DNA from: Candidatus Micrarchaeota archaeon
GTDB lineage: Archaea; Micrarchaeota; Micrarchaeia; Micrarchaeales; Micrarchaeaceae
Length of the DNA: 31,197 bases
NCBI GenBank assembly: GCA_027365815.1
Contig: DAHXLV010000009.1
Location: 1-31,197, forward strand
Direction of reading: 5' to 3'
Position 1 is the stretch's first letter. Each line of letters starts with the position of its first letter. The notes under the pieces were generated by a model. That model had not been told where the DNA came from, ran no database searches, and worked only from the letters and a program-made list of their open reading frames with translations. A program made the position numbers and the translations under genes. Positions 7,902-15,305 of this stretch are shown piece by piece.

Positions 7902-9230
7902 ATGATACCTGTAGTTGATTTTGACAGGTTCCTGATGGCCTTCTCCCTAGGGGTTCACATAATCTTGGCGTCGGTAGGCATAGCGCTGCCTGCGATAATC
8001 GTTGCTGCTGAGGTCATAGGAATCAGGCGAAAGGACCCGTATTATTCGGCGATGGCGCGGAGGCTCTCCATCGCCCTCGTCGTGCTCTTTGCCATAGGCA
8101 CCGCATCAGGTACGCTTGTTGCGCTTGAGCTCTTCCTCCTCTGGCCAGGCTTCATGGTGCTCGTGGGCCAGGTGGCGATACTTCCATTGTACATAGAGGT
8201 GTTCGTCTTCTTCCTTGAAGCGATATTCCTCGCCGTTTACATATACTCATGGGACAAGTTCAAGCGCAGGTATGCCCACGCGGCGGTCGGCGCCCTGGTC
8301 GGCGTAGGGGCCGCTGCGTCAGGGGTGCTTATAACGATGCTCAATTCTTTCATGAACACCCCGAACGGGTTCAACATACCGGTCTACCTGAGCACCGGCT
8401 CGCTAACCGGCATAAACCCGGTGGCAGTGCTCTGGACCCCGGCGACCGGAATAGAGGTACTGCATGTGATGGCCACCACTTACTTCGCTGGCGCTTTCAT
8501 ATTCTGCGCTTATATGGCGTACATGGTGTTGCGCAGCAGCGGAAATGAGAGGACATACTATATTAAGGGACTGAAGCTTGTATTTGCGATAGCCGTTATT
8601 GCGACGCTCGCATCCGTCTACACAGGCGTGCTCTCCATAAAGACCCTCGCCGTGATACAGCCTGAGAAGTACGCTGCGCTTGAGGCGAACCTTGTACCGA
8701 TGGCGCACGCCCCGGAGATAATAGGCGGCTACCTGTCGAACAACACAATAAAGGGCGCGGTGGTGATACCTGGGCTCCAGAGCGTGCTCCTGGGAAGCCC
8801 TAATGCGACCGCGCCTGGGCTTTCACAGTACCCGGAGGACACGTGGCCGCCGTTTGCTGTGCATGACATGTTCGATGCCATGGTAACCCTCGGGTTTGCC
8901 TTTGCAGGTTTCATAGTCCTAGTCATGCTCCTTCTTCTCGCGAGGGAGCGACCGTTCGAAAGGCGCCCGGTGCTGTGGCTCACGATGGTTGCTGGCGTTC
9001 TGGCTGTACTGCTGCTTGAACTCGGCTGGGCCACGGCAGAGGTAGCGAGGCAGCCGTGGATAATATACAATGTGATGCTGGTGAGTCAGGCGGCTAACGA
9101 CTCGCCGTCGGTGATACCCATCGCAATTGCGTTCATAATCATCTACGCGGCGATCATACCTGCAACGCTGCTGGTGCTCAAAAGGCTTTTCAGGGGCAGG
9201 CCGCTGTCAGGAGACCTGGTGAAGGGATGA
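7902..9230 (+). CDS. cydA: Cytochrome bd quinol oxidase subunit I (short Q-loop)
   Basis: Heme-ligand His in VHIILA and LHVMA, Q-loop QPEKYAALE, Met in AMVTLG, and GWATAEVARQPW. Confidence 0.95.
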   Translation: MIPVVDFDRFLMAFSLGVHIILASVGIALPAIIVAAEVIGIRRKDPYYSAMARRLSIALVVLFAIGTASGTLVALELFLLWPGFMVLVGQVAILPLYIEVFVFFLEAIFLAVYIYSWDKFKRRYAHAAVGALVGVGAAASGVLITMLNSFMNTPNGFNIPVYLSTGSLTGINPVAVLWTPATGIEVLHVMATTYFAGAFIFCAYMAYMVLRSSGNERTYYIKGLKLVFAIAVIATLASVYTGVLSIKTLAVIQPEKYAALEANLVPMAHAPEIIGGYLSNNTIKGAVVIPGLQSVLLGSPNATAPGLSQYPEDTWPPFAVHDMFDAMVTLGFAFAGFIVLVMLLLLARERPFERRPVLWLTMVAGVLAVLLLELGWATAEVARQPWIIYNVMLVSQAANDSPSVIPIAIAFIIIYAAIIPATLLVLKRLFRGRPLSGDLVKG

Positions 9231-10147
9231 ACGGGATATACACGCTGAACTACGCGGTCTTCGCGGCGTTCTTCACGCTTTTCACTATAGAGGTAGGTAT
9301 AGCGCTTGCTTTCTTGCTGTCGTACCGCAACAAGGACAGGCTTAAGCGCTACCTTATGCCCATATGGGAGATAACCGGCACATTCGCGGTGTTCTACGTC
9401 GTCAACTTCGAGGCGTCCTTCCCGTCCGCGATTGCCATAGTGGGCAGGGTCTACATTGTGCCTTTGCTGATCGCCGCGATGTTCTTCATATTCAGGAATG
9501 CGTTCATAGCATACAGCGAGTACATACGCCGTGCGCCGACCGAGAAGCGCCTGCTCCGGGTCTACAGCGTTGCCACTGTTGTGACCGCATTCTTAGTTGT
9601 AGGGGTGCTCGGGTCTGGCGTGAGCGGAATCGGCATAAACGCGCAGGAGGCAACGGCAAACATCTACCTGATGCTGTTCAACCCGTTCACTCTGCTCCTA
9701 TTTACAGCAGTTGCGCTGATCGGCGTATTCGCCGTCTCTGTATTCTTCGGTATCGCAGCCTTCAGGATGCTTGGGTATGCTTGCGCGCCGATTGCGGTAT
9801 TGTTGGTGCTCATTGCATTATACCTTCACGGAGGCCATGCGCTGAGCAATGCGACTGCATACTGGCCGCTCCTGGCGCTCACGCTGGCGTTCCTAGCAGC
9901 GGTCATGTACCTTGGCATAAGGGCGCCGAGGGCTTCGCAGTTCGCGGTTGTAGCGTGGGTGTTCTGGGCCATATTGTATTTTGGTGTGGTTGTGTACCCG
10001 TACTGGTTCGGCGGAGCACTAAACTCACAGGCCTATTTGGTGAACGCAGTCACCGGCCGGTATACCGTTGCGGTAACGCTCGTAGGAGGGGCGCTGGTTG
10101 CCGCTGCGCTCGCATACTTCATTTATATAACGTATGTGAAAAAATAA
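9227..10147 (+). CDS. cydB: Cytochrome bd quinol oxidase subunit II
   Basis: ATGA overlap with cydA. The motif PIWEITGTF...ASFP matches the CydB PxWDxNExW...AAFP region. About 8-9 TM helices. Confidence 0.85.
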   Translation: MNGIYTLNYAVFAAFFTLFTIEVGIALAFLLSYRNKDRLKRYLMPIWEITGTFAVFYVVNFEASFPSAIAIVGRVYIVPLLIAAMFFIFRNAFIAYSEYIRRAPTEKRLLRVYSVATVVTAFLVVGVLGSGVSGIGINAQEATANIYLMLFNPFTLLLFTAVALIGVFAVSVFFGIAAFRMLGYACAPIAVLLVLIALYLHGGHALSNATAYWPLLALTLAFLAAVMYLGIRAPRASQFAVVAWVFWAILYFGVVVYPYWFGGALNSQAYLVNAVTGRYTVAVTLVGGALVAAALAYFIYITYVKK

Positions 10148-10159
10148 TCTAGGGGTGCG

Positions 10160-10822
10160 ATGTTGGTGTACTCGAGCTTGGTCGTGCAGTTGTCGACAGT
10201 AGTGATACTCCTGCTCGCGCTGGTGCTTGCCTTCTTCATTACAAGGGAATACTCGGTAAAGAGGGCGAGGCCGCTCCTTTTCTGGAGCGTTGGACTGTGG
10301 ATGTTCGCCGCAGGGGTGGCGATTGAGGTACTCTTTGCGTTCAACATTTACTATGGATGGCTTGCCGACTTGTATGTCGCGGTGGTTGCGCTCCTAGTCC
10401 AGTTCCTTGCCGTCGGCTCCATGCAGCTGGTAAAATCGCCCATGGCAAGGAAAGCCTACTATTTGTTCTGTGTAGCGACAACCGCATTCCTGCTCTATTC
10501 GGTTGTCGCGTTCCCTGCTGCGTATATACTAAACAGTGTTGGGGTTGCTGTAAAGCCCACCTCTACAATGGCTACGGTAGCGTCCTTGCTTATGACGCTG
10601 CCTGCGGCCGGCATACTGGTTGCTGTCGCGCTTCTTACCTACATAAAAACGAGGAACCCGAAGATGCTTTCCATAATAGCAGGCGTGGTGGTCGTCTCTT
10701 TCGCTGGCACACTGTATATAGTATCCTTCCCTGCGCTACTCTACTACTCGGAGTTCATAGGCATACTGCTGCTGTGGATTGGCTTCTTCGACATGCGCAT
10801 GCTCAGACCAACAGGAAGGTGA
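10160..10822 (+). CDS. Uncharacterised 6-7 TM membrane protein
   Basis: SD AGGGGTG, 12 nt after the cydB stop. Almost entirely hydrophobic helices. Confidence 0.75.
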   Translation: MLVYSSLVVQLSTVVILLLALVLAFFITREYSVKRARPLLFWSVGLWMFAAGVAIEVLFAFNIYYGWLADLYVAVVALLVQFLAVGSMQLVKSPMARKAYYLFCVATTAFLLYSVVAFPAAYILNSVGVAVKPTSTMATVASLLMTLPAAGILVAVALLTYIKTRNPKMLSIIAGVVVVSFAGTLYIVSFPALLYYSEFIGILLLWIGFFDMRMLRPTGR

Positions 10823-11480
10823 GCCAGACGAGTATCGGGACCATGAGGTTATCCAGCTTCCCTGGAGTGACACCCTCCGCTATCGCCCCTATGGCCGATG
10901 CCAGGACCGCGACCCTTGATACCCGGAGCGTAAACCCGCCCGGTATCAGTATGCTTGTGAGCGCATAGATGCTGACCAGGCTGGCTATGAAGAATGCAGC
11001 ACTGCCCTCGAGGCTTTTCAGCCCGTTGGCGTAATGCACGCATGCGTATTTGCCGGCTATCGGGGCTATGCCATCGCCGAATACCATCGCGCACAGTGCG
11101 GCTACGCCTGCTATGCTCCTGAAAGCGAATGCGGTAAAGAGCACGAACATTGCCATGAATATGAGGGGCCCGTAGACAACCTCGTACAGGTTATCCATCC
11201 TGGCGAATTTGAGGACCTTCTTGTGGGCTCCCTTCCCTGAAAGCGCCGATAGCATTACAGCTACGAATATCAGGACAGGTATCGAAAAAAGGAGTTGGGC
11301 GTACTGGCTGTTGAACAGGAACCAGAAGATTATAAGCCCTCCCATCCAGAGGTGTATTACCTTCCTGGCGATGCTGCCGGATATCCTCTTGCGCTCGACA
11401 AGGGCATCCATAACCAACGTTATGGAGAATATGTAAAGTACTTCTGCTACCACGATGGCGAGATTGTATAAAACTAGCAT
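10803..11480 (-). CDS. CTP-dependent polyprenol/phytol/dolichol kinase (cytidylyltransferase-like family)
   Basis: Family motifs RKVIHL, GDGIAPIAGK, KSLEGS and DNLMVP. Confidence 0.85.
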   Translation of the reverse strand: MLVLYNLAIVVAEVLYIFSITLVMDALVERKRISGSIARKVIHLWMGGLIIFWFLFNSQYAQLLFSIPVLIFVAVMLSALSGKGAHKKVLKFARMDNLYEVVYGPLIFMAMFVLFTAFAFRSIAGVAALCAMVFGDGIAPIAGKYACVHYANGLKSLEGSAAFFIASLVSIYALTSILIPGGFTLRVSRVAVLASAIGAIAEGVTPGKLDNLMVPILVWLTFLLV

Positions 11481-11494
11481 GAATGCACTGTGAT

Positions 11495-12016
11495 TTATTT
11501 CACTCCGATGTGCTCTAGGATTGGGTTTAGCGACTCCTCGAGAGCTCCAGAATCCCTTATGGTTATTATGTTGCTGTCTATCTCCATGCTCTTTTCAGAT
11601 AGCACTCCGTGGAATAGCTGTACAATCCGCTTTACGTCCGGGTCCTCTGGGACGGCGAGCTTCTTGTCTTTTATTATATTGGCCTTTGCAAGGACCCTTA
11701 CCGAGTTGCCTACAGCGCCGATGTATTTCTTGCTGCTGTTGAACTTTAGCACCACGTCGAGGAGCGGCCTGAAGTCCTGCAGTTTGTAGGTGTCTACCCC
11801 AGATCCATCTATGAATATTATACCGTCGTAGCCTGACGGGTCGGCCTTGTTGGTGTTTATGTCCGGCATGCACGTGGCTCCGTGCATCCCTGTGCATTCT
11901 TTGGTGCTGTAGCTTGTGACCTGGTATCCTACATTCCATCTGTCAAAGAACATTTTTATCGTTGCTAGTGACTCATCCTTGAAATCGTTCGGCGGTATGA
12001 AGATTAGGAACTTCAT
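11495..12016 (-). CDS. DJ-1/PfpI family protein, apparently lacking catalytic residues
   Basis: Fold pattern MKFLIFI...YDGIIFIDGSG...YIGAVGNSVRVLAKANII.DKK. AVGNS replaces AICxG, and FKDES replaces F(R/E)DEE. Confidence 0.8.
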   Translation of the reverse strand: MKFLIFIPPNDFKDESLATIKMFFDRWNVGYQVTSYSTKECTGMHGATCMPDINTNKADPSGYDGIIFIDGSGVDTYKLQDFRPLLDVVLKFNSSKKYIGAVGNSVRVLAKANIIKDKKLAVPEDPDVKRIVQLFHGVLSEKSMEIDSNIITIRDSGALEESLNPILEHIGVK

Positions 12017-12022
12017 TGGTTA

Positions 12023-12766
12023 TCACGATTCCATGTACGGTGCCAGGAAATACGCCACGGTAGCATCGCCTATTTTATAGTTTATCTTGACAGGCTCCTC
12101 CGTCTTAAGCGATATGTCTATCGAGTTCCCTGGAGGGCATGCCCTCACCATCCTGTCAAGGTACTCCAGGTTGAAAGTTGCAGCGGATGCTTTGCTCACG
12201 TTGAGCTTCTTCACGAAATCGGTGTTGTTTGCGTGATCTTCCTCCAGCTCGGCGGCATCGCCCTTTGCGGATATCTTGAAGTTGTCCTTTTCTGTCTTGA
12301 ACCCTATCAGCGATGAAAGGGACGTCGCGTCCTTCAGCACCTCTCTGAACGGGTCGCTCTTGACCTCGATTGTTGATTCAAATTCTATCTTTGGCTCCTT
12401 ATCCGCTTCCTTCTTTATGTCTATCATCGGCAGTCGGTACCTCCTCCTGCTGTTCTCGCCTATGAATTCTATTGCAAGCTTGTTGCTCGCATCCTTCATT
12501 ACCAGCTGTTCGTTGTTCCTGGCGCTAGAGAGTATCTTGCTGAGGTTCTCGAGGTTTATGCCTATCGAAATCGGCTTCTCGACCTCATATTTGGAGAATG
12601 CCTTGCTTGGCATGAAGAAGGATACCATGCTTATTCCAGAAGGGTCCATGGCCTTGAGCGCTATGCCCTCTTTTGTTATGTTGAATGCGCCTTCATCTAC
12701 AAGGCTCACTATAGAGTCGACGCAATTCTTCCAGTACCTAGCATCATCTATCTTTATGTCAAACAT
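12023..12766 (-). CDS. pcn: DNA polymerase sliding clamp PCNA
   Basis: AMDPSGISMV, INLENLSKIL, FNLEYL and C-terminal YFLAP. 247 aa from ATG 12766. Confidence 0.96.
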   Translation of the reverse strand: MFDIKIDDARYWKNCVDSIVSLVDEGAFNITKEGIALKAMDPSGISMVSFFMPSKAFSKYEVEKPISIGINLENLSKILSSARNNEQLVMKDASNKLAIEFIGENSRRRYRLPMIDIKKEADKEPKIEFESTIEVKSDPFREVLKDATSLSSLIGFKTEKDNFKISAKGDAAELEEDHANNTDFVKKLNVSKASAATFNLEYLDRMVRACPPGNSIDISLKTEEPVKINYKIGDATVAYFLAPYMES

Positions 12767-12824
12767 AGAACCACACAGTAATAGTACATCTATTCTGTCG
12801 TAAAGGAATAAAAAGATATGCAAA

Positions 12825-12905
12825 GCCCAGTAATAGGGGAATACCCACGTATTTCTGCCCCAGCATTTCATGTGCCGGTTTTCCGTGTACGCCCATACGC
12901 AGGGC
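12825..12905 (-). ncRNA. Candidate 81-nt structured small RNA of unknown class
   Basis: TTTATAA at 12932-12926 lies about 25 nt upstream. Terminal GCCC/GGGC stem, internal hairpins and a downstream TTTGCATATCTTTTT tract. Confidence 0.4.
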
Positions 12906-12949
12906 TATGGCAAAGGCGAGTGCCGTTATAAACGTGTGAGCATGATGAG

Positions 12950-13022
12950 TGGGGCCGCCGAGATTTGAACTCGGATATCCAGCGCCCGAGGCTGGAAGTC
13001 TACCAGGTTAGCGTACAGCCCC
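12950..13022 (-). tRNA. tRNA-Pro(CGG), no intron, CCA not encoded, weak D-stem
   Basis: Acceptor GGGGCTG/CGGCCCC, anticodon arm CCAGC-CTCGGGC-GCTGG, T arm CCGAG-TTCAAAT-CTCGG. TATA-like TTATTATAA lies about 22-30 nt upstream. Confidence 0.93.
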
Positions 13023-13062
13023 CGCTAGGAGTTGTTATTCCTGTTATAATAATGTTATCGGC

Positions 13063-13998
13063 TTATGCGCTTAAGATTCCGTCTACAGAGGTGGGCGCGA
13101 ACCTAAGCTCGTTCATCCTTGCTTTCGCTGCATCTATAGCTTGCCTTGTGATCTCAGCTGTCCTCTCTGGAAGGTCCATCGTTATGTTGTTTTGAGGAGG
13201 CTCACCAGCTGCAATCTCCTGCGCGAGCACGTTGCAGTCGCCGAGGGCCTTGAACCTCATCCTTCTGCTCACCCCCGCCTCTTTGAGCAGCACTGCTGCC
13301 GTGGCTCTAAGCTTGAGAGCATTGATTGCCGCTTCGTGTGGATCCATGTGCTCCGTAATCGCCTCGCGAGATGCAAGGTCATAGTTGTCCCCAGCCGCCT
13401 CCAGCATCTCGTTTCTAGCTCCAGTGTGTCTGATTGCCTCAATGCCGTTATCGAAAACCGTCACTGTGTCTTTATTGTGGCTGAGCATACCTTCCAGGGT
13501 AATGTGGATGAGTCTCGTGTCTGGTTCTATTGAGCCGATGGAGACCTGCTGCTCTAGGATATCCTTCACCTTCGCCGCCCTTTCCAATAGGTGAGCTGCC
13601 ATCTCGGCGCTCACGGCTGCCTCAAGGCATTTGCCGGTTTTTTCAGCTGATTCAAACCTGTATTTTAGCGACAGGAATAACTGCGCCACTGTGGCGCCAA
13701 CATCGTACGGGTTTGTGATCCCCGGGAATTCCTCCATTGCGCCTATAATCGCATCGGTGGCCTTTAAGAACGCCCCAACATTCTCCTCAAAGCAGGCCAT
13801 ATCTGGCACATTGATTTGGGAGATTAGTGTTTCCATTCTCTGATTGATGGTGAGTTTAGAAAGCTCCGCGGTTGCGAATCTTAAGTATTGCGTGTTGGAT
13901 TCTGTCACAGCCCTAAGCAGGTTGCCGGACAGCGTTAATACATTATCTGCGTCGAATGGCGGGCTTCTGCGGACTAGTACAGATTTGTCGCTGTGCAT
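13063..13998 (-). CDS. Hypothetical alpha-helical protein (311 aa)
   Basis: ATG 13998 lies about 23 nt downstream of CATATAAATA (14030-14021), consistent with a leaderless start. No motif recognised. Confidence 0.7.
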   Translation of the reverse strand: MHSDKSVLVRRSPPFDADNVLTLSGNLLRAVTESNTQYLRFATAELSKLTINQRMETLISQINVPDMACFEENVGAFLKATDAIIGAMEEFPGITNPYDVGATVAQLFLSLKYRFESAEKTGKCLEAAVSAEMAAHLLERAAKVKDILEQQVSIGSIEPDTRLIHITLEGMLSHNKDTVTVFDNGIEAIRHTGARNEMLEAAGDNYDLASREAITEHMDPHEAAINALKLRATAAVLLKEAGVSRRMRFKALGDCNVLAQEIAAGEPPQNNITMDLPERTAEITRQAIDAAKARMNELRFAPTSVDGILSA

Positions 13999-14052
13999 GC
14001 CAATGCCTCGCCGGAACAGATATTTATATGTTTTGTTGAGGTCGGCTTTGGA

Positions 14053-14133
14053 GCTTAGATGCCAATGAGCTATAGAAAGGCGGTCAAACTGCGAAGCCGC
14101 TGCGCTGCACCCTGCGTGGTTGCGCAACTGAGC
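14053..14133 (+). ncRNA. Candidate structured small RNA with a K-turn-like terminus (strand uncertain)
   Basis: GC-rich island of about 80 nt between two promoters. GC-TTA-GATG ... CTGA-GC ends and internal stems GGCGGT/GCCGCT and GCGC/GCGC. Confidence 0.3.
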
Positions 14134-14174
14134 AAAAACATTTATTATAGCTCTGCGCTAATCGATAGGTTTCC

Positions 14175-15125
14175 ATGCAGCGCGAAGATAACTTGCAGTT
14201 CTCGTATAAATATCCGTTTTCCGATGAGGCGAAGGCTGCGGTGCACTCTGGCGGTTCAGATACCAGGCGGTTGAGCGAAAGGCACCTTGAGATGGCGAAG
14301 GCCAGGCTGGAGGAGGCGTTATCGAAAGGCAAGCTTGAGTATAGGAACATAGCGTACGGCAAGCTCGACTACATAATAAGCTACGTTTATGCGCGAATGC
14401 TTGTTAGCTCGATGGGCAGCAGGGCCGCAATCGTGAAGTTCGCCGCGGCTGAAGCTGAAAGGGCGAGGGCGGCCCTCGAGAGTGACGACGATAATGATGT
14501 GCTGCGCCTGGCGGGCGAGCTTGGCCTTCCCATATCCATGGACGCAGGCGGTAATTATAAGATACAGTTCCAGCTCTTGCTGCATCATATGGCAGGCGTA
14601 CCTGGATTCTCCCTTTCCAACTTCAAACTGCATGGCGGGGAGATTTTGCTAGACAGGCATGAGGCAGCGAGGCTGCTTGAGAATGCGATCTTCATAAGGA
14701 TCCTGAATGGCCTTCCGATAAAACATAGCGAGCTTCCGCAGAAGGTGATTGCGGCGGCGAAGACGATAGTGCAGCCCGCCGTAACAATAAGGCCAGGTGT
14801 GGTGGGCAGCAGGGCGTGGATAGACAAGTTGCTTGAGACTCCGATACCTGACATGAGGCACAGGGTCGTCAACCTTGTGCTGGCGCCTTACCTTGTCAAC
14901 ATAAAAGGATTGAGCGTGGAGGATGCGGCGAAGACCATAGCTGTTTATGTCGAAAGGTGCAAGGGGCTTGACCCGAACACAAAGATCAACGACTCTTACA
15001 TAAGGTACCAATGCACCTACGCCAAAAAGCGCGGGCTCAAGCCGCTGTCGCTCGCGCGTGCAAAGGAACTTTTCGGCAGCGTGGTAGATTTCGACCAGCA
15101 TGTGGAGAAGGAGGTGGCGAGATGA
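14175..15125 (+). CDS. priL: DNA primase large subunit: PriL N-terminal domain plus a PriX-like C-terminal domain
   Basis: The N-terminus (YPFSDEAK, YARMLVS, AEAERA, LSNFKLHGGEILL) is PriL-like. The C-terminus (WIDKLLETPIPDMRHRVVNLVLAPYLVNIKG...GLKPLS) is PriX-like. Only 2 Cys in the protein. Confidence 0.85.
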   Translation: MQREDNLQFSYKYPFSDEAKAAVHSGGSDTRRLSERHLEMAKARLEEALSKGKLEYRNIAYGKLDYIISYVYARMLVSSMGSRAAIVKFAAAEAERARAALESDDDNDVLRLAGELGLPISMDAGGNYKIQFQLLLHHMAGVPGFSLSNFKLHGGEILLDRHEAARLLENAIFIRILNGLPIKHSELPQKVIAAAKTIVQPAVTIRPGVVGSRAWIDKLLETPIPDMRHRVVNLVLAPYLVNIKGLSVEDAAKTIAVYVERCKGLDPNTKINDSYIRYQCTYAKKRGLKPLSLARAKELFGSVVDFDQHVEKEVAR

Positions 15126-15265
15126 TGGCTACGCTGCCTTGCAGCATCTGCGGGATGCCTGCCGGCAACACCTGTTCCGTGTGCGGAAAGAGGGCATGCA
15201 ACAGGCACTATGATAGGAGGCTCGGAACCTGCACCTCATGCAAAGCCGGAAAAAGGATGAAGTGA
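15122..15265 (+). CDS. Small Cys-rich zinc-finger protein (47 aa)
   Basis: SD GAGGTG and ATGA overlap with priL. Pattern CSIC-x6-CSVC-x4-CNRH-x7-CTSC. Confidence 0.8.
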   Translation: MMATLPCSICGMPAGNTCSVCGKRACNRHYDRRLGTCTSCKAGKRMK

Positions 15266-15270
15266 CCTGT

Positions 15271-15285
15271 GAAAAGGTATATAAA
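15271..15285 (+). promoter_or_regulatory. BRE-TATA promoter of the 5S rRNA gene
   Basis: GAAAAGG-TATATAAA ends 21 nt before the 5S 5' end. Confidence 0.7.
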
Positions 15286-15305
15286 TCTTGAATGAGAAGC
15301 AACTC

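Noticed and set aside
12767-12871. 35-aa N-terminal extension of PCNA
   Set aside because: PCNA similarity begins at MFDIKI (12766), and the extension covers AT-rich promoter sequence and the sRNA candidate.
12825-12905. Reading the 81-nt element as a tRNA-Ser(UGA), a split tRNA half or RNase P RNA
   Set aside because: No U33, TTC loop, D-loop GG or BHB motif. The CAGAAA and TGAAA words resemble RNase P CR-II/III, but the P4 strands (GAGGAAAGTCC and CGGCTTA) are absent.
12942-12948. ATGATGA, a perfect box C, on the + strand
   Set aside because: It is followed by tRNA antisense sequence with no suitably placed CTGA box D or terminal stem.
13023-14000. Orphan gene next to tRNA-Pro as an integrated element
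   Set aside because: It lies on the 5' side of the tRNA, with no repeated tRNA 3' end, no integrase and no obvious composition shift.
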